30,712 nt of DNA. Source: a virus (lineage: Duplodnaviria > Heunggongvirae > Uroviricota > Caudoviricetes). The position numbers and the translations under genes were made by a program. Below are positions 1-8,800 of this stretch, piece after piece (within the stretch, counting starts at the first letter, position 1; the number at the start of each line of letters is the position of its first letter). Where the stretch lies: IMG/VR virus record IMGVR_UViG_2872698443_000006; one strand, given 5' to 3'. Under the pieces are notes generated by a model. That model worked only from the letters and a program-made list of their open reading frames with translations. It was not told the DNA's origin and made no database searches.

Positions 1-219
1 TTACATCCACATAATTTGCTGCCCTGACGGCAACGGGTGCGGCCTTACGGCGTGGACTTCTCCCGGCTTCACGATGTATCGCTGTACCGACTCATAAGTG
101 ATGAACGTGGCACTACAATTCACGTTCTGGCACTGATGATAACGCTCTTTTGTCGTGTCAGTGATATAGCGGCTTGTACGCGCATGTGCGGCATGCTGGC
201 ATAAAGGACAATGAAACAT
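1..219 (-). CDS. ogr: Late-gene transcriptional activator Ogr (C4 zinc finger)
   Basis: 72-aa product MFHCPLCQHAAHARTSRYITDTTKERYHQCQNVNCSATF... with CPLC...CQNVNC zinc-finger cysteines, matches my recollection of P2 Ogr; ATG at 217-219, stop at 1-3. The ORF-track entry (to 282) is an upstream in-frame extension. Confidence 0.9.
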   Translation of the reverse strand: MFHCPLCQHAAHARTSRYITDTTKERYHQCQNVNCSATFITYESVQRYIVKPGEVHAVRPHPLPSGQQIMWM

Positions 220-300
220 CGCGAGCACCTCTTCCGGTTTTGTTGATGGTGCCATTTTAGTTAAATTATCCTTATAAAACAAACAGATAAAATAAAAACA

Positions 301-1464
301 TCACTCATCATCTTCTGTTTCGTACTCCACATCAGAAAGCCTGACCTCAAGCTCTAAGGACGTCGTGAAGCCGCTATTATTCAGAAAATGTGTCACCTTA
401 GTGATTGTCCAGTCCTGCTCGTCTATGACGCGCTTAAAGCCTGACACCTTAACCGGTGTTTCCGTGTAAATATCTGCCCGACCGGTAGCCAGGCTGATGG
501 AGAACTCCGCAACGCCCCGTTGCAGTTTATCCCACTTCGCCTGAGCGGCGCGCATGGCCTGCGCTTTCGTGGCATATACCGTGGTCAGGGCAAAAACATT
601 GTCAGCCTCACCGGCCATGTATTCACCTTCGCGCGCTTCCGGTACTTTTGGCGCTTTCTTCTGCCTGACCGGTTTCGCTTTCGGGTGCTCCAGTGCGCGC
701 AGGTGTTTTTCTTTCTTTTTGCGTTTCAGTTTTACCTTCTGCTTTTGCGGCTTCGGGTCTTTGGTGTGTAACCACTTTGCCGTTACGCCGGTGTAGGCTC
801 CACGGTCAGCAATCGCAAAATGATGGCGGTCGCCGTCACTGCGGGTGATGGTAATCTGCGGGATTTTTTTACCACTGGCCGTCACCCCCTGCCCCGCTTT
901 GAGAAACAGCAGTTTTCCCATTTTTACCGACACCTCACCGCCGTTGCGTTCAGCAAGGCGGGTCAGAAATTTCGCATCAGACTCCTGCGACTGGTCGATG
1001 TGCGGGATTTTAATTCCGGCCAGTGACGGAGCGACACTGGCTTCCAGCCTGTTACGGGAGGCTATCGCCTCAACAATCGCACCGAGCGTGGTGTCATGCC
1101 AGGAGCCTTCCCGGCGGGAATTGAGCGTCCCGCGAAAATCTGCACTCCGGGCGCGGATGGTGACCACATCCGGTGCGCCCCGGTGTTCAACCTCATCAAC
1201 GGTAAATTTCCCTTTGCATACCAGGGCAAAACCTTTCCAGCCGATATACACCGTCAGGACAGCGCCACGAACCGGCAGCCCGACCTGCCCGTCGGCATCG
1301 TTCAGTTCAATATCAAGCTGGTCAGCCTCAAAGCCCCGGTTATCCGTCAGGGTCATGCTCATCAGACGGTCGCTGATATTGCCGGTAATATCCCTGCTGT
1401 CGAGCATCAGCATGTAATCCGGCGTCAGCGTACTGCCTGCATCAAATGTCAGCGCATCCAGCAT
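301..1464 (-). CDS. D: Tail protein D (gpD, P2 late gene D)
   Basis: 387 aa, ATG at 1462-1464; position between U and ogr; lysine-rich KQKVKLKRKKKEK linker; matches P2 gene order. Confidence 0.85.
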   Translation of the reverse strand: MLDALTFDAGSTLTPDYMLMLDSRDITGNISDRLMSMTLTDNRGFEADQLDIELNDADGQVGLPVRGAVLTVYIGWKGFALVCKGKFTVDEVEHRGAPDVVTIRARSADFRGTLNSRREGSWHDTTLGAIVEAIASRNRLEASVAPSLAGIKIPHIDQSQESDAKFLTRLAERNGGEVSVKMGKLLFLKAGQGVTASGKKIPQITITRSDGDRHHFAIADRGAYTGVTAKWLHTKDPKPQKQKVKLKRKKKEKHLRALEHPKAKPVRQKKAPKVPEAREGEYMAGEADNVFALTTVYATKAQAMRAAQAKWDKLQRGVAEFSISLATGRADIYTETPVKVSGFKRVIDEQDWTITKVTHFLNNSGFTTSLELEVRLSDVEYETEDDE

Positions 1465-1943
1465 TATCCCGCCCCCGTCATACCCGTGAATCTGGTCGCC
1501 ATACTGCCAGCCTTACCGATGAGCGATTCCGCCTGTTTACCGATATCGCCATAAAGCGCGGCCAGTGATTCATCAACGCGGGTGAGCGACAGCGTAAAAT
1601 CAATTTTTCGGGGTGTGCCGTCTGCAAAGAAAATACTCCCTGTTTCACTCACCTTACTGATGACATACATGCCGTAAATCATGCCGGTGCCATCCAGCAA
1701 CGGCCACGCCCGACCTTCCTCTGCCATCAGCCTGAGCGTGGTCATCGTCAGCTTGCCGCCGGTCAGTTCGGGATAAAGCACACCGGCAAGCGTGATGTTT
1801 TCCTCACCCACACCGAGAAATTGAAAGGCATCCCGTTTGCCGATACGGGAATTTGACGGCCAGCGATAATCTGATTCACGCTGCATGGTCTGGTGTGGCA
1901 GCGTCTGGCGCATAAAAACAAACATACCTAACGCGAGCATCAT
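1464..1943 (-). CDS. U: Tail protein U (gpU)
   Basis: 159 aa, starts MMLALGMFVF; its start overlaps the T stop region and its stop overlaps the D start (coupled). Confidence 0.85.
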   Translation of the reverse strand: MMLALGMFVFMRQTLPHQTMQRESDYRWPSNSRIGKRDAFQFLGVGEENITLAGVLYPELTGGKLTMTTLRLMAEEGRAWPLLDGTGMIYGMYVISKVSETGSIFFADGTPRKIDFTLSLTRVDESLAALYGDIGKQAESLIGKAGSMATRFTGMTGAG

Positions 1944-1957
1944 TTTTCGTCACCTCC

Positions 1958-4405
1958 TTAACCGTCATGCATCATGCTGGCACGGGCGCGCGCACGTTTA
2001 TCCCGCTCGTATTTTTCGAGCGCATCCTGTAACTGGCGGTCAAGCTGTGTCCCCGGCGCAGTACCACCCGTCAGGCTGATGTGATATTCGTTTTTACTCT
2101 GGTCCACATAAGAGCGGCCAGCCGGTGCCGTGACCGGCTGATAAGCCTGATAGCCTGCATAAGAGCTGGTCGCCGGAATATAACCACCGGTGCCATACGT
2201 GGCGGCATGAGTTCTGGCGGCGGTCTGGTCAAGTGTGTCTGACTCTTTGTTGATGACCCCGAGCTTTTCCAGTACCCAGTCAATACCGCTGCGCAGTTTG
2301 TTGAACGCATTAAGCGGCAGCATCAACGCGTCAGCCAGTGCCTGCCCGAACATGACACCCGTGTCACGACAACGGTTCAGGGTGTCCTGGGTGGCTTTAA
2401 CCGGAGCAATCAGGTTTGTAAACCACTGCCACGCGGCCTGTAACTTTTCGCCCAGCCAGTCAAACACCGGTTTCAGTGGCGTGAACAGTTCCCCCACCGG
2501 CGCAAATGCCGCTTTCAGCCCTTCCACCACACCGCCAAAGAATGCGCTGACAGGCTCCCAGTATTTACGGATAAGCAACGCCCCGGCGACAATTGCAGCC
2601 ACCACGGCCACAACCGGCCAGCTAATCGCCCCGATGGCCGTCATAACAGCACTGCCAACCGTCGTGAAGATTGCCCCCATTGCGCCTGCTGCCGCGATAA
2701 TGGCATTGATGCCGGTGATAACCGGCCAGGCTACAAGACCAATGGCACCGATGATGCCAATAAGCGCCAGCGCGCCACCGACAATGAGGCCGATGGTTGA
2801 CGCCAGTGATTTGTTTTTCTGGATCCAGCCGTCGAGTTTTAACACATACTTTGTGGCCGTCTGAGTGAGCTTACGCAGTGCGCCTTCCTGCTGGTCAAAC
2901 AGGTCTGTCCCCACCGCCTCATAAGCGGACTGAAACTCCTTAAAGTCACCGCCGAGGTTATCCTGCATGATTTTAACCAGCTCTTCCGTTTTACCGTCCG
3001 AGGCTTTCAGCGTGGCGGTCAGCTTATCCAGCTTTCCGCTTGCAGCCGCTGCCAGTAAAACGTTCGCTGATTTCAGGGCTTCCTCACCAAAAATGGTTTT
3101 AAGGTATTCCCCCTTCTGAGACGTTCCCAGCTTGTGTTTATCAAAGCTGGCCTGAATCTCTTTCAGAATGGTGAACAACGGACGCATATTTCCCTTTTTG
3201 TCCGAGGTTTTAACGCCAAGCTCTTTGAGTGCTTCCCATGCTTTCCCTGTCGGAGCCTGTAATCGGGTGACAACGGCACTACTACCAGTACCCGCCATTG
3301 ACCCCCTGATGTTATTGTCATGTAGCACACCGGTCATGGCTGCTGCCTGCTCAAGACTTACACCTGCCGTTCTTGCGACCGGGCCAAGATAAGTCAGTGC
3401 ATCACTGAGTCCCTGAAAATCAGCCGCCGACTTATTCATCGTTGCCGACAACACATCGCCCACATGGCTGACATCATCATTTGACAGTTGAAAAGATGCT
3501 TTAGTCCCCAGCAACAGTTGCGCGTTTTCTTCCATCGACCGCTGATTCGCCAGCGCCATATTCAGCGTGACCGGCGTTGCCGCCTGAATAGCCGCAGCAT
3601 CTCCACCCGCTTTCGCAATGATAATCTGCGCACCGGCCGCATCATCTGCCGAGGCGGCGGTGTTGTCACCGAGCTGGCGCGCCTGCCTGCGGAGTGCAGC
3701 CATTTCGGCGGAGTCTTTTGCCACTCCGAGCACAGCCTGTAATTCTGAGTTTTTCTGCGCAAACTCATAACCGGGCATCAGCAGCTTAACTCCGGCCATC
3801 GTTCCCGCCGCCGCAATCCCCACACCGGCAGAGCCCACCGAGGCCATATTTCCGGCCAGTTCCTTGCCTGCCTGATAACGCTGTTTTACTGCGTTAAGTT
3901 TTGCCTGTTGCGCACTGACACGCGCCAGCGCGTCACGCTGACGGTTAAGCTGTGCGGTGGTTTCACTGATACGGTTTTTCAGCCCCTGCTCATCATGTGC
4001 AAGATTGCGGGTATTAATTCCCACAGCGGCCAGTTCCCGCTGCTGGCGTTTAACGGAATCTGTCAGGCGGTTATATTTCGCCTGTAAGTCCTCCGCCGCA
4101 CGCTTTGCGGATTCCAGCACTTTCGCCTGAGCACGGGTCGGACGTTCGGTGTTTTTAAACTGTGTGGCAAGGGCTTCGGCCTCCTGCCGTGCCTTTTCAA
4201 GTGCATGACCAGTCACGGCGAGCTGTGCACTGGTCTTGCGGAATCCCTCAATACGGGATGCCTGACCGTTCAGCTCGCGCAGTGATTTTTGTGTTTCCCG
4301 GATATCCCCCGACAGCGATTTGCTCGCTGTGCGGATGGATTTAAACGGGCGGGATGCCTGGTCAACAGCCCTGAGCAATACCTGTAATTTTACATTGTTA
4401 CTCAT
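1958..4405 (-). CDS. T: Tail tape measure protein (gpT)
   Basis: 815 aa; coiled-coil-rich N-terminus, Gly/Ala-rich hydrophobic central region (GLIVGGALALIGIIGAIGL...), typical tape measure; ATG at 4403-4405. Confidence 0.9.
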   Translation of the reverse strand: MSNNVKLQVLLRAVDQASRPFKSIRTASKSLSGDIRETQKSLRELNGQASRIEGFRKTSAQLAVTGHALEKARQEAEALATQFKNTERPTRAQAKVLESAKRAAEDLQAKYNRLTDSVKRQQRELAAVGINTRNLAHDEQGLKNRISETTAQLNRQRDALARVSAQQAKLNAVKQRYQAGKELAGNMASVGSAGVGIAAAGTMAGVKLLMPGYEFAQKNSELQAVLGVAKDSAEMAALRRQARQLGDNTAASADDAAGAQIIIAKAGGDAAAIQAATPVTLNMALANQRSMEENAQLLLGTKASFQLSNDDVSHVGDVLSATMNKSAADFQGLSDALTYLGPVARTAGVSLEQAAAMTGVLHDNNIRGSMAGTGSSAVVTRLQAPTGKAWEALKELGVKTSDKKGNMRPLFTILKEIQASFDKHKLGTSQKGEYLKTIFGEEALKSANVLLAAAASGKLDKLTATLKASDGKTEELVKIMQDNLGGDFKEFQSAYEAVGTDLFDQQEGALRKLTQTATKYVLKLDGWIQKNKSLASTIGLIVGGALALIGIIGAIGLVAWPVITGINAIIAAAGAMGAIFTTVGSAVMTAIGAISWPVVAVVAAIVAGALLIRKYWEPVSAFFGGVVEGLKAAFAPVGELFTPLKPVFDWLGEKLQAAWQWFTNLIAPVKATQDTLNRCRDTGVMFGQALADALMLPLNAFNKLRSGIDWVLEKLGVINKESDTLDQTAARTHAATYGTGGYIPATSSYAGYQAYQPVTAPAGRSYVDQSKNEYHISLTGGTAPGTQLDRQLQDALEKYERDKRARARASMMHDG

Positions 4406-4825
4406 TCGTGTTTCCGCTTCGCCGGAGCGCCTTTTCGCGCCATGTGATGAGTTCGGTCAGGCTCATGGGATACAGTTCTGATGGCGGCCAGTGAAATATC
4501 ACTGCCACATCCGCCATCAGGTCATCGACCGAGAGATTTTTCGGAAACGTCACTGCACCGAGTTCGGCGACAAAAAACCGACCACCTTACCGGCCAGCGC
4601 CACAAGGTCAGGCAGTTCCAGTGCGGCGACTTCCTGCTCGGTCAGCATCGGTGCCGTCATGCGCGGCAACACCTTAATCAGTGCATCGACTTCGGAGTTT
4701 GCGACCGCTGCCAGACTGACACCGCGCAGCGTCCCGGCATTGGGTTTCATCAGCGTGACCTGTTCGATAACCTGCTCACCACGTTTGACCGGATTGTCCA
4801 GGGTAATCACATTTTCTTTGTTCAT
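4398..4825 (-). CDS. E': Tail assembly chaperone E+E' made by programmed -1 frameshift
   Basis: Slippery run GGUUUUUUG on the mRNA (reverse complement of 4571-4579) sits in codons G-F-L of E. Translating the -1 frame from there by hand gives an open frame (VAELGAVTFPKNLSVDDLMADVAVIFHWPPSELYPMSLTELITWREKALRRSGNTNE) that ends at TAA 4398-4400, overlapping the T start. Total 142 aa, the size I recall for P2 E+E'. Confidence 0.7.
4550..4825 (-). CDS. E: Tail assembly chaperone E (gpE)
   Basis: 91 aa ending ...KVVGFLSPNSVQ; lies directly upstream of T as in P2 FETUD operon. Confidence 0.85.
   Translation of the reverse strand: MNKENVITLDNPVKRGEQVIEQVTLMKPNAGTLRGVSLAAVANSEVDALIKVLPRMTAPMLTEQEVAALELPDLVALAGKVVGFLSPNSVQ
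4571..4579 (-). promoter_or_regulatory. -1 ribosomal frameshift slippery site (G GUU UUU UG)
   Basis: Seen directly: six consecutive A on the + strand give a U6 run in the E mRNA at the position where the E' frame opens. Confidence 0.65.
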
Positions 4826-4881
4826 GGTTTTCTCACTTCTTAATCAGGGTTAACCGGTCAGCCAGGCTGACCGGATGAAAA

Positions 4882-5400
4882 TCACAGGCCGATATTGCGG
4901 CGGTGTTGCTCCAGCCGGTCGACGCCGTTCACCTTCTCAATCATGTTGATGGTGTCGATTTCGACCAGCTCCTTACCGTCCATCGTCAGCCGGAAATAGG
5001 TGCATACCACGGAGATTTTCGACTCGGTGTCTTCTCCCTGTTTCCCCTCGCCGGTGTCGATTTCTTTCTGACGGCCACGCATGACCACCTCGACGGCCAC
5101 CGTTTCGCCGGTATCGTCGCGCTGGTAAGAGCCTGCAAAACGAATCGGCACGGCATCCACACCGGTTGCGGCGTAAAGCTCCCAGATAACCGAATCCGGG
5201 AAGCCCCCGAGCGACCACTCCATTGACAGCGCATCGTCATCAAGGCCGAGGTCTACCGGTGCGCTGCCGTTCATCCCCGCACCTCGATAGTTTTCGAGCT
5301 TACGGGTCAGTTTTGGCAGCGTGACGGACTTTGCAACGCCCTGATAGCTGTAGCCGTTCAGAAAGACGTTCATTAACTTGAGTTTGCGCGGCATTGCCAT
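4882..5400 (-). CDS. FII: Tail tube protein FII
   Basis: 172 aa, MAMPRKLKLMNVFLNGYSYQGVAKSVTLPKL...; contractile tail tube family; follows FI. Confidence 0.9.
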   Translation of the reverse strand: MAMPRKLKLMNVFLNGYSYQGVAKSVTLPKLTRKLENYRGAGMNGSAPVDLGLDDDALSMEWSLGGFPDSVIWELYAATGVDAVPIRFAGSYQRDDTGETVAVEVVMRGRQKEIDTGEGKQGEDTESKISVVCTYFRLTMDGKELVEIDTINMIEKVNGVDRLEQHRRNIGL

Positions 5401-5412
5401 CGGTCAGGCTCC

Positions 5413-6603
5413 TTAATTGCTGTTAACCGAGGTGACCAGATTTGCCAGGTATTTATCGGTAATACGCTGGCGCAGGGTCAGGTTTTCAAGAGGAGGCACC
5501 GGGGTATAGTCGTAGTCGATATACAGTTTTCCGGCCTTAAGGGTTTCCGCATCGTTGGATTCTTCGCTGAACCAGCAGGTCGCATCCACGATATAGCCGT
5601 TTGTTTTCAGCTCACGGAATTTGGCATTGATGCCGTCAACGATGTCGCGAATCAGCGTTGCGGTGATAGGCTTGTCCACCGCCCACATGTGCGCTTCAGC
5701 CATCGTGTCGGCCAGCACCTGCGCGGTGCGGGTGTAGTTTTCAAAGAGGAACAGCGGGTCATCCGAGCAGGTACGGTTACCCCAGAATCGGAAACCGTCA
5801 CGGCGAATCAGCGTAGTGACGCCTGACTCGTTAAGCAGGTCAGCATCGGTGCCGGACTCCTGCAAATCCCAGAATACAGATGCGCTGATGCCGGTAACAC
5901 CGTTCACCCCGACGTTGGACAGCGTTTTATGCCAGCCCTGCTCCTGGTCGATTTTAGCGCGCAGCCCCAGCGCACGGGCGGTGGCATACGCGGTGGCGGT
6001 GGTACTGGTGACCGTATCCCATGCGAGGAAATCCGGCCAGATGACCATCAGCTCACGCTGGCTGAAATTCTGGCGGTAGGCTTTCACCTCGGAAATGGTC
6101 TTACAGCCCCATGCGCTGATATACCCGAAAGCGCGCAGCTTCTGACAGACGGATGCCAGTGCAACAGCCACCTCTTTGGTGTCCAGTCCCGGCACACCGA
6201 GAATACGCGGTTTAACACCGGTTACCGACTCTGCCGCCAGCAGGGCTTTCAGTCCGGTGTACTGACCGTTTTCGTCGGTGGTGCCGATGATATTGGAAAC
6301 GGTCTGCGCAAGTTTCGTTTCTTCGTCGTCGCCGGTGCCGTCCTCCACGCGCACAACAACGGTGACCGGTTTTGACTGGTCGGCGATGGCCTGCAACGAT
6401 GCCGCCAGCGTGCCTTTTTTACCGGCCTTTGCAATTGCACTCTGCACATTGGTAATCAGCACCGGTTTATTGAGGGGGAAGGATTCCGCATCCGCATCGC
6501 TGGCCGTACAGACCATGCCAACAATGGCCGTGGATACGGTGGAAATGACGCGGGTGCCGTCGTTAATCTCCAGCACCTGCACGCCGTGATGATAGTCACT
6601 CAT
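5413..6603 (-). CDS. FI: Contractile tail sheath protein FI
   Basis: 396 aa, MSDYHHGVQVLEINDGTRVISTVSTAIVGMV...; ATG at 6601-6603 with GGAG upstream. Confidence 0.9.
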   Translation of the reverse strand: MSDYHHGVQVLEINDGTRVISTVSTAIVGMVCTASDADAESFPLNKPVLITNVQSAIAKAGKKGTLAASLQAIADQSKPVTVVVRVEDGTGDDEETKLAQTVSNIIGTTDENGQYTGLKALLAAESVTGVKPRILGVPGLDTKEVAVALASVCQKLRAFGYISAWGCKTISEVKAYRQNFSQRELMVIWPDFLAWDTVTSTTATAYATARALGLRAKIDQEQGWHKTLSNVGVNGVTGISASVFWDLQESGTDADLLNESGVTTLIRRDGFRFWGNRTCSDDPLFLFENYTRTAQVLADTMAEAHMWAVDKPITATLIRDIVDGINAKFRELKTNGYIVDATCWFSEESNDAETLKAGKLYIDYDYTPVPPLENLTLRQRITDKYLANLVTSVNSN

Positions 6604-6662
6604 CCGTTTAACTCCGTGGTTAATGGGTGAGTGGTATTTTCAGTTGTGCCGGAGATGTCAGG

Positions 6663-7256
6663 CTATTTGTCCCGGTTGGCTAAGGGATGACACAATTTAT
6701 TCTTTGTCGCTGATGAGGGGAATTTTTTATAGAGCGTGGACAGGCCAATATCAAAAATCAGCGCCACACGTTGACGAGATTCCCCCGCAGCCAGCAACCG
6801 TCCGACCTGCTCCCACTCACTCGCGGTGAGTTTCGGACGTCTGCCACCAATACGACCTTTGGCTCTGGCCGCTTCCAGTCCGGCGCGTGTCCGCTCGACA
6901 ATGAGTTCTCGCTCCATTTCAGCCAGGGCACCCATCACATGAAAGAAAAAACGCCCCATCGGCGTGCTGGTATCAATAGCATCCGTCAGACTGCGAAAAT
7001 TAACGCCGCGTTCGCGCAGTTCCTCAACCAGAATGACCAGATGCCGCATACTACGCCCCAGCCTGTCCAGCTTCCAGACTACCAGAGTGTCACCTGCTGA
7101 TAATGTTCTGAGCAGTTTTTTCAGTCCCGGTCGGTCGGACTTCGTGCCGCTGATTTTATCCTCAAAAATCCGCTCGCATCCTGCGCACTCCAGCGCGTTA
7201 CGCTGCAATTCCGTGTTCTGGTCATTTGTTGATACGCGGACATAGCCAATAAGCAT
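6663..7256 (-). CDS. Serine recombinase, DNA invertase of the Hin/Gin/Pin/Cin family
   Basis: 197 aa, MLIGYVRVSTNDQNTELQRNAL...VVWKLDRLGRSMRHL...MGRFFFHVMGALAEMERELIVERT...IGGRRPKLT: catalytic serine context (YVRVSTNDQ) and C-terminal HTH, near-identical in pattern to E. coli Pin as I recall it. Confidence 0.9.
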   Translation of the reverse strand: MLIGYVRVSTNDQNTELQRNALECAGCERIFEDKISGTKSDRPGLKKLLRTLSAGDTLVVWKLDRLGRSMRHLVILVEELRERGVNFRSLTDAIDTSTPMGRFFFHVMGALAEMERELIVERTRAGLEAARAKGRIGGRRPKLTASEWEQVGRLLAAGESRQRVALIFDIGLSTLYKKFPSSATKNKLCHPLANRDK

Positions 7257-7311
7257 GATGGATCCCCTGAATAAAAACCGGGGATGATGCCAGTTAGCCG
7301 TAATCTCTGCA

Positions 7312-7337
7312 TTTTCTTAAACGTTGGTTTGGGAGAA
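7312..7337. repeat. Invertase crossover site, right (26 bp, hix/gix-like), core TT at 7324-7325
   Basis: TTTTCTTAAACG TT GGTTTGGGAGAA: imperfect palindrome of two 12-bp halves around a 2-bp core, resembling hix/gix (TTC..AAACC..GGTTT..GA.AA). Lies inside the alternative fibre segment reading frame. Confidence 0.7.
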
Positions 7338-7799
7338 GGTGCTCCAGCTATTGGCGTTCCGTTCTTCTGGCCGTCCGCCGCAATGCCAGATACCGTAATC
7401 GAAAGCTGGTCCGGCATGGTGTTTTTGAAGTTCAACGGCGCGAAATTCTCTGCCACTGATTACCCTGTGCTGGCGAAAGTGTTTCCTTCGCTGGTATTAC
7501 CTGAAGCCCGCGGTGATTTCATTCGTATCTGGGATGATGGTCGTGGTGTAGATAGTGGACGTGGATTACTTAGTACGCAGTCTGACCTGATGAAACAATT
7601 TACTTTGCAATACTACGGTCCTTCTGCTGGTACTGGAACAAGAACGGTTTTCGCCCTCCAGAGTAATGCGAACGGCATATATACGAGTGGTATTAGTCAG
7701 AATGATGGTAGTGGCACCGCTGCGGCTTTTAATGTACCAGGCGGCACCGAAACACGCCCACGTAACATTGCATTCAACTTTTTAGTAAGGGCTAAATAA
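7323..7799 (+). CDS. Alternative tail-fibre C-terminal (variable) segment, expressed only after inversion
   Basis: Frame open from the crossover site: ...FLNVGLGEGAPAIGVPFFWPSAAMPDTVIESW...; inversion would fuse H ...LAYL to GLGEGAP... in frame (the codons spanning the core are cTT in H and gTT here). The ATG at 7284 is probably not used. Confidence 0.65.
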   Translation, partial: VGLGEGAPAIGVPFFWPSAAMPDTVIESWSGMVFLKFNGAKFSATDYPVLAKVFPSLVLPEARGDFIRIWDDGRGVDSGRGLLSTQSDLMKQFTLQYYGPSAGTGTRTVFALQSNANGIYTSGISQNDGSGTAAAFNVPGGTETRPRNIAFNFLVRAK

Positions 7800-8392
7800 T
7801 GAAACCTGTTTTTGATAAAAATGGGCTGGCTACAGTGCCGGGTGATATGCGTTGTTTTTATTATGATGCAGTAACGTCTGAATATACTGGCTGGTCTGAT
7901 GAATATATTAATACTGGTGTAAGTATGCCCGCCTGTTCCACTGGTATTGACCCGGGCGAATACATTCCGGGGAAAGTGGCAGTATTTACGGGTAAGGGAT
8001 GGAGCCATGAAGAAGACCACCGCAATGAGACTGCTTACTCAATCGAAAATGGCGCAGCTGTTACAGTGGATTATATCGGTGCCATCAAAGACGGTTATGT
8101 CACGCTTTCACCGTTAACGCCATACGATAAATGGGATGGTGAGAAATGGGTGACAGATACTGAGGCACAGCATAGTGCCTCAGTAGACGCGGCAGAAGCA
8201 CAGCGCCAGTCGCTGATTGATGCTGCAATGGCTTCCATCAGTCTGATTCAACTGAAATTGCAGGCCGGGCGGAAGCTGACGCAGGCAGAAACAACCCGAC
8301 TTAACGCCGTGCTGGATTACATTGACGCGGTGACGGCAACAGATACCAGCACCGAGCCGGATATCATCTGGCCTGAACAGCCGGAGGCGTAG
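7799..8392 (+). CDS. Alternative tail fibre assembly protein (Tfa)
   Basis: 197 aa; C-terminus ...LNAVLDYIDAVTATDTSTEPDIIWPEQPEA shares the conserved Tfa C-terminal motif with the other tfa (..FDYLDALEMVDISSAPDIEWPTPP). ATG overlaps the TAA of the preceding segment. Confidence 0.75.
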   Translation: MKPVFDKNGLATVPGDMRCFYYDAVTSEYTGWSDEYINTGVSMPACSTGIDPGEYIPGKVAVFTGKGWSHEEDHRNETAYSIENGAAVTVDYIGAIKDGYVTLSPLTPYDKWDGEKWVTDTEAQHSASVDAAEAQRQSLIDAAMASISLIQLKLQAGRKLTQAETTRLNAVLDYIDAVTATDTSTEPDIIWPEQPEA

Positions 8393-8798
8393 GCCATTCA
8401 ATATCTGGAGCACTGGAAATATCAACCATTTCCAGTGCGTCCAGATAATCAAACCAGGCGTTCAAAAGTGCTTCTTCATCTGGCTTGATGCGTTTGAGCG
8501 CCAGTCTTGTCCGTAGCATCTCTGTTTCCGATTTCACTTCTGATATCAGAAATACTTTTTTGACTTCCGCCTGATGCACCAATTCCTCATGGGTAGGCAG
8601 AGTGACATTCACCCAGGCAGGTCGACCTTTGACACTACCGAGTTCTTTTCCTTCCGGAGCCGGTTTCATCCAGTATTTATCACGCTCTGAATCCGTCAGT
8701 TTAACGATATCGTCCGGCCATGTTCCGGCGGCGATATAGCCGTCTTTCATATCCAGAGGATAAAACGCCAACGTTGTGGCTGAGAAGCACATATCCAT
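8364..8798 (-). CDS. G: Tail fibre assembly protein (gpG-like Tfa)
   Basis: 144 aa MDMCFSATTLAFYPLD...APDIEWPTPPAVQAR; directly downstream of H; its 3' end overlaps the convergent alternative tfa by 29 nt. Confidence 0.85.
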   Translation of the reverse strand: MDMCFSATTLAFYPLDMKDGYIAAGTWPDDIVKLTDSERDKYWMKPAPEGKELGSVKGRPAWVNVTLPTHEELVHQAEVKKVFLISEVKSETEMLRTRLALKRIKPDEEALLNAWFDYLDALEMVDISSAPDIEWPTPPAVQAR

Positions 8799-8800
8799 AA

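Noticed and set aside
845-1417. 190-aa + strand ORF antisense to gene D (and similar antisense ORFs at 520-796, 1096-1554, 2235-2864, 5929-6375, 10610-11221, 15552-15962, 16254-16853, and - strand ORFs 19191-19901 and 20415-20864 inside P)
   Set aside because: They lie wholly inside well-supported phage structural genes on the opposite strand, have Arg/Ser/Pro-rich low-complexity composition typical of shadow ORFs in GC-rich DNA, and have no convincing RBS.
7265-7295. CCCC...GGGG dyad between the invertase start and the alternative fibre segment as the crossover site
   Set aside because: The better hix/gix-like 26-mer is 20-40 bp further in (7312-7337) and is the one that gives an in-frame fusion with H; this dyad is more likely part of the invertase promoter or RBS region.
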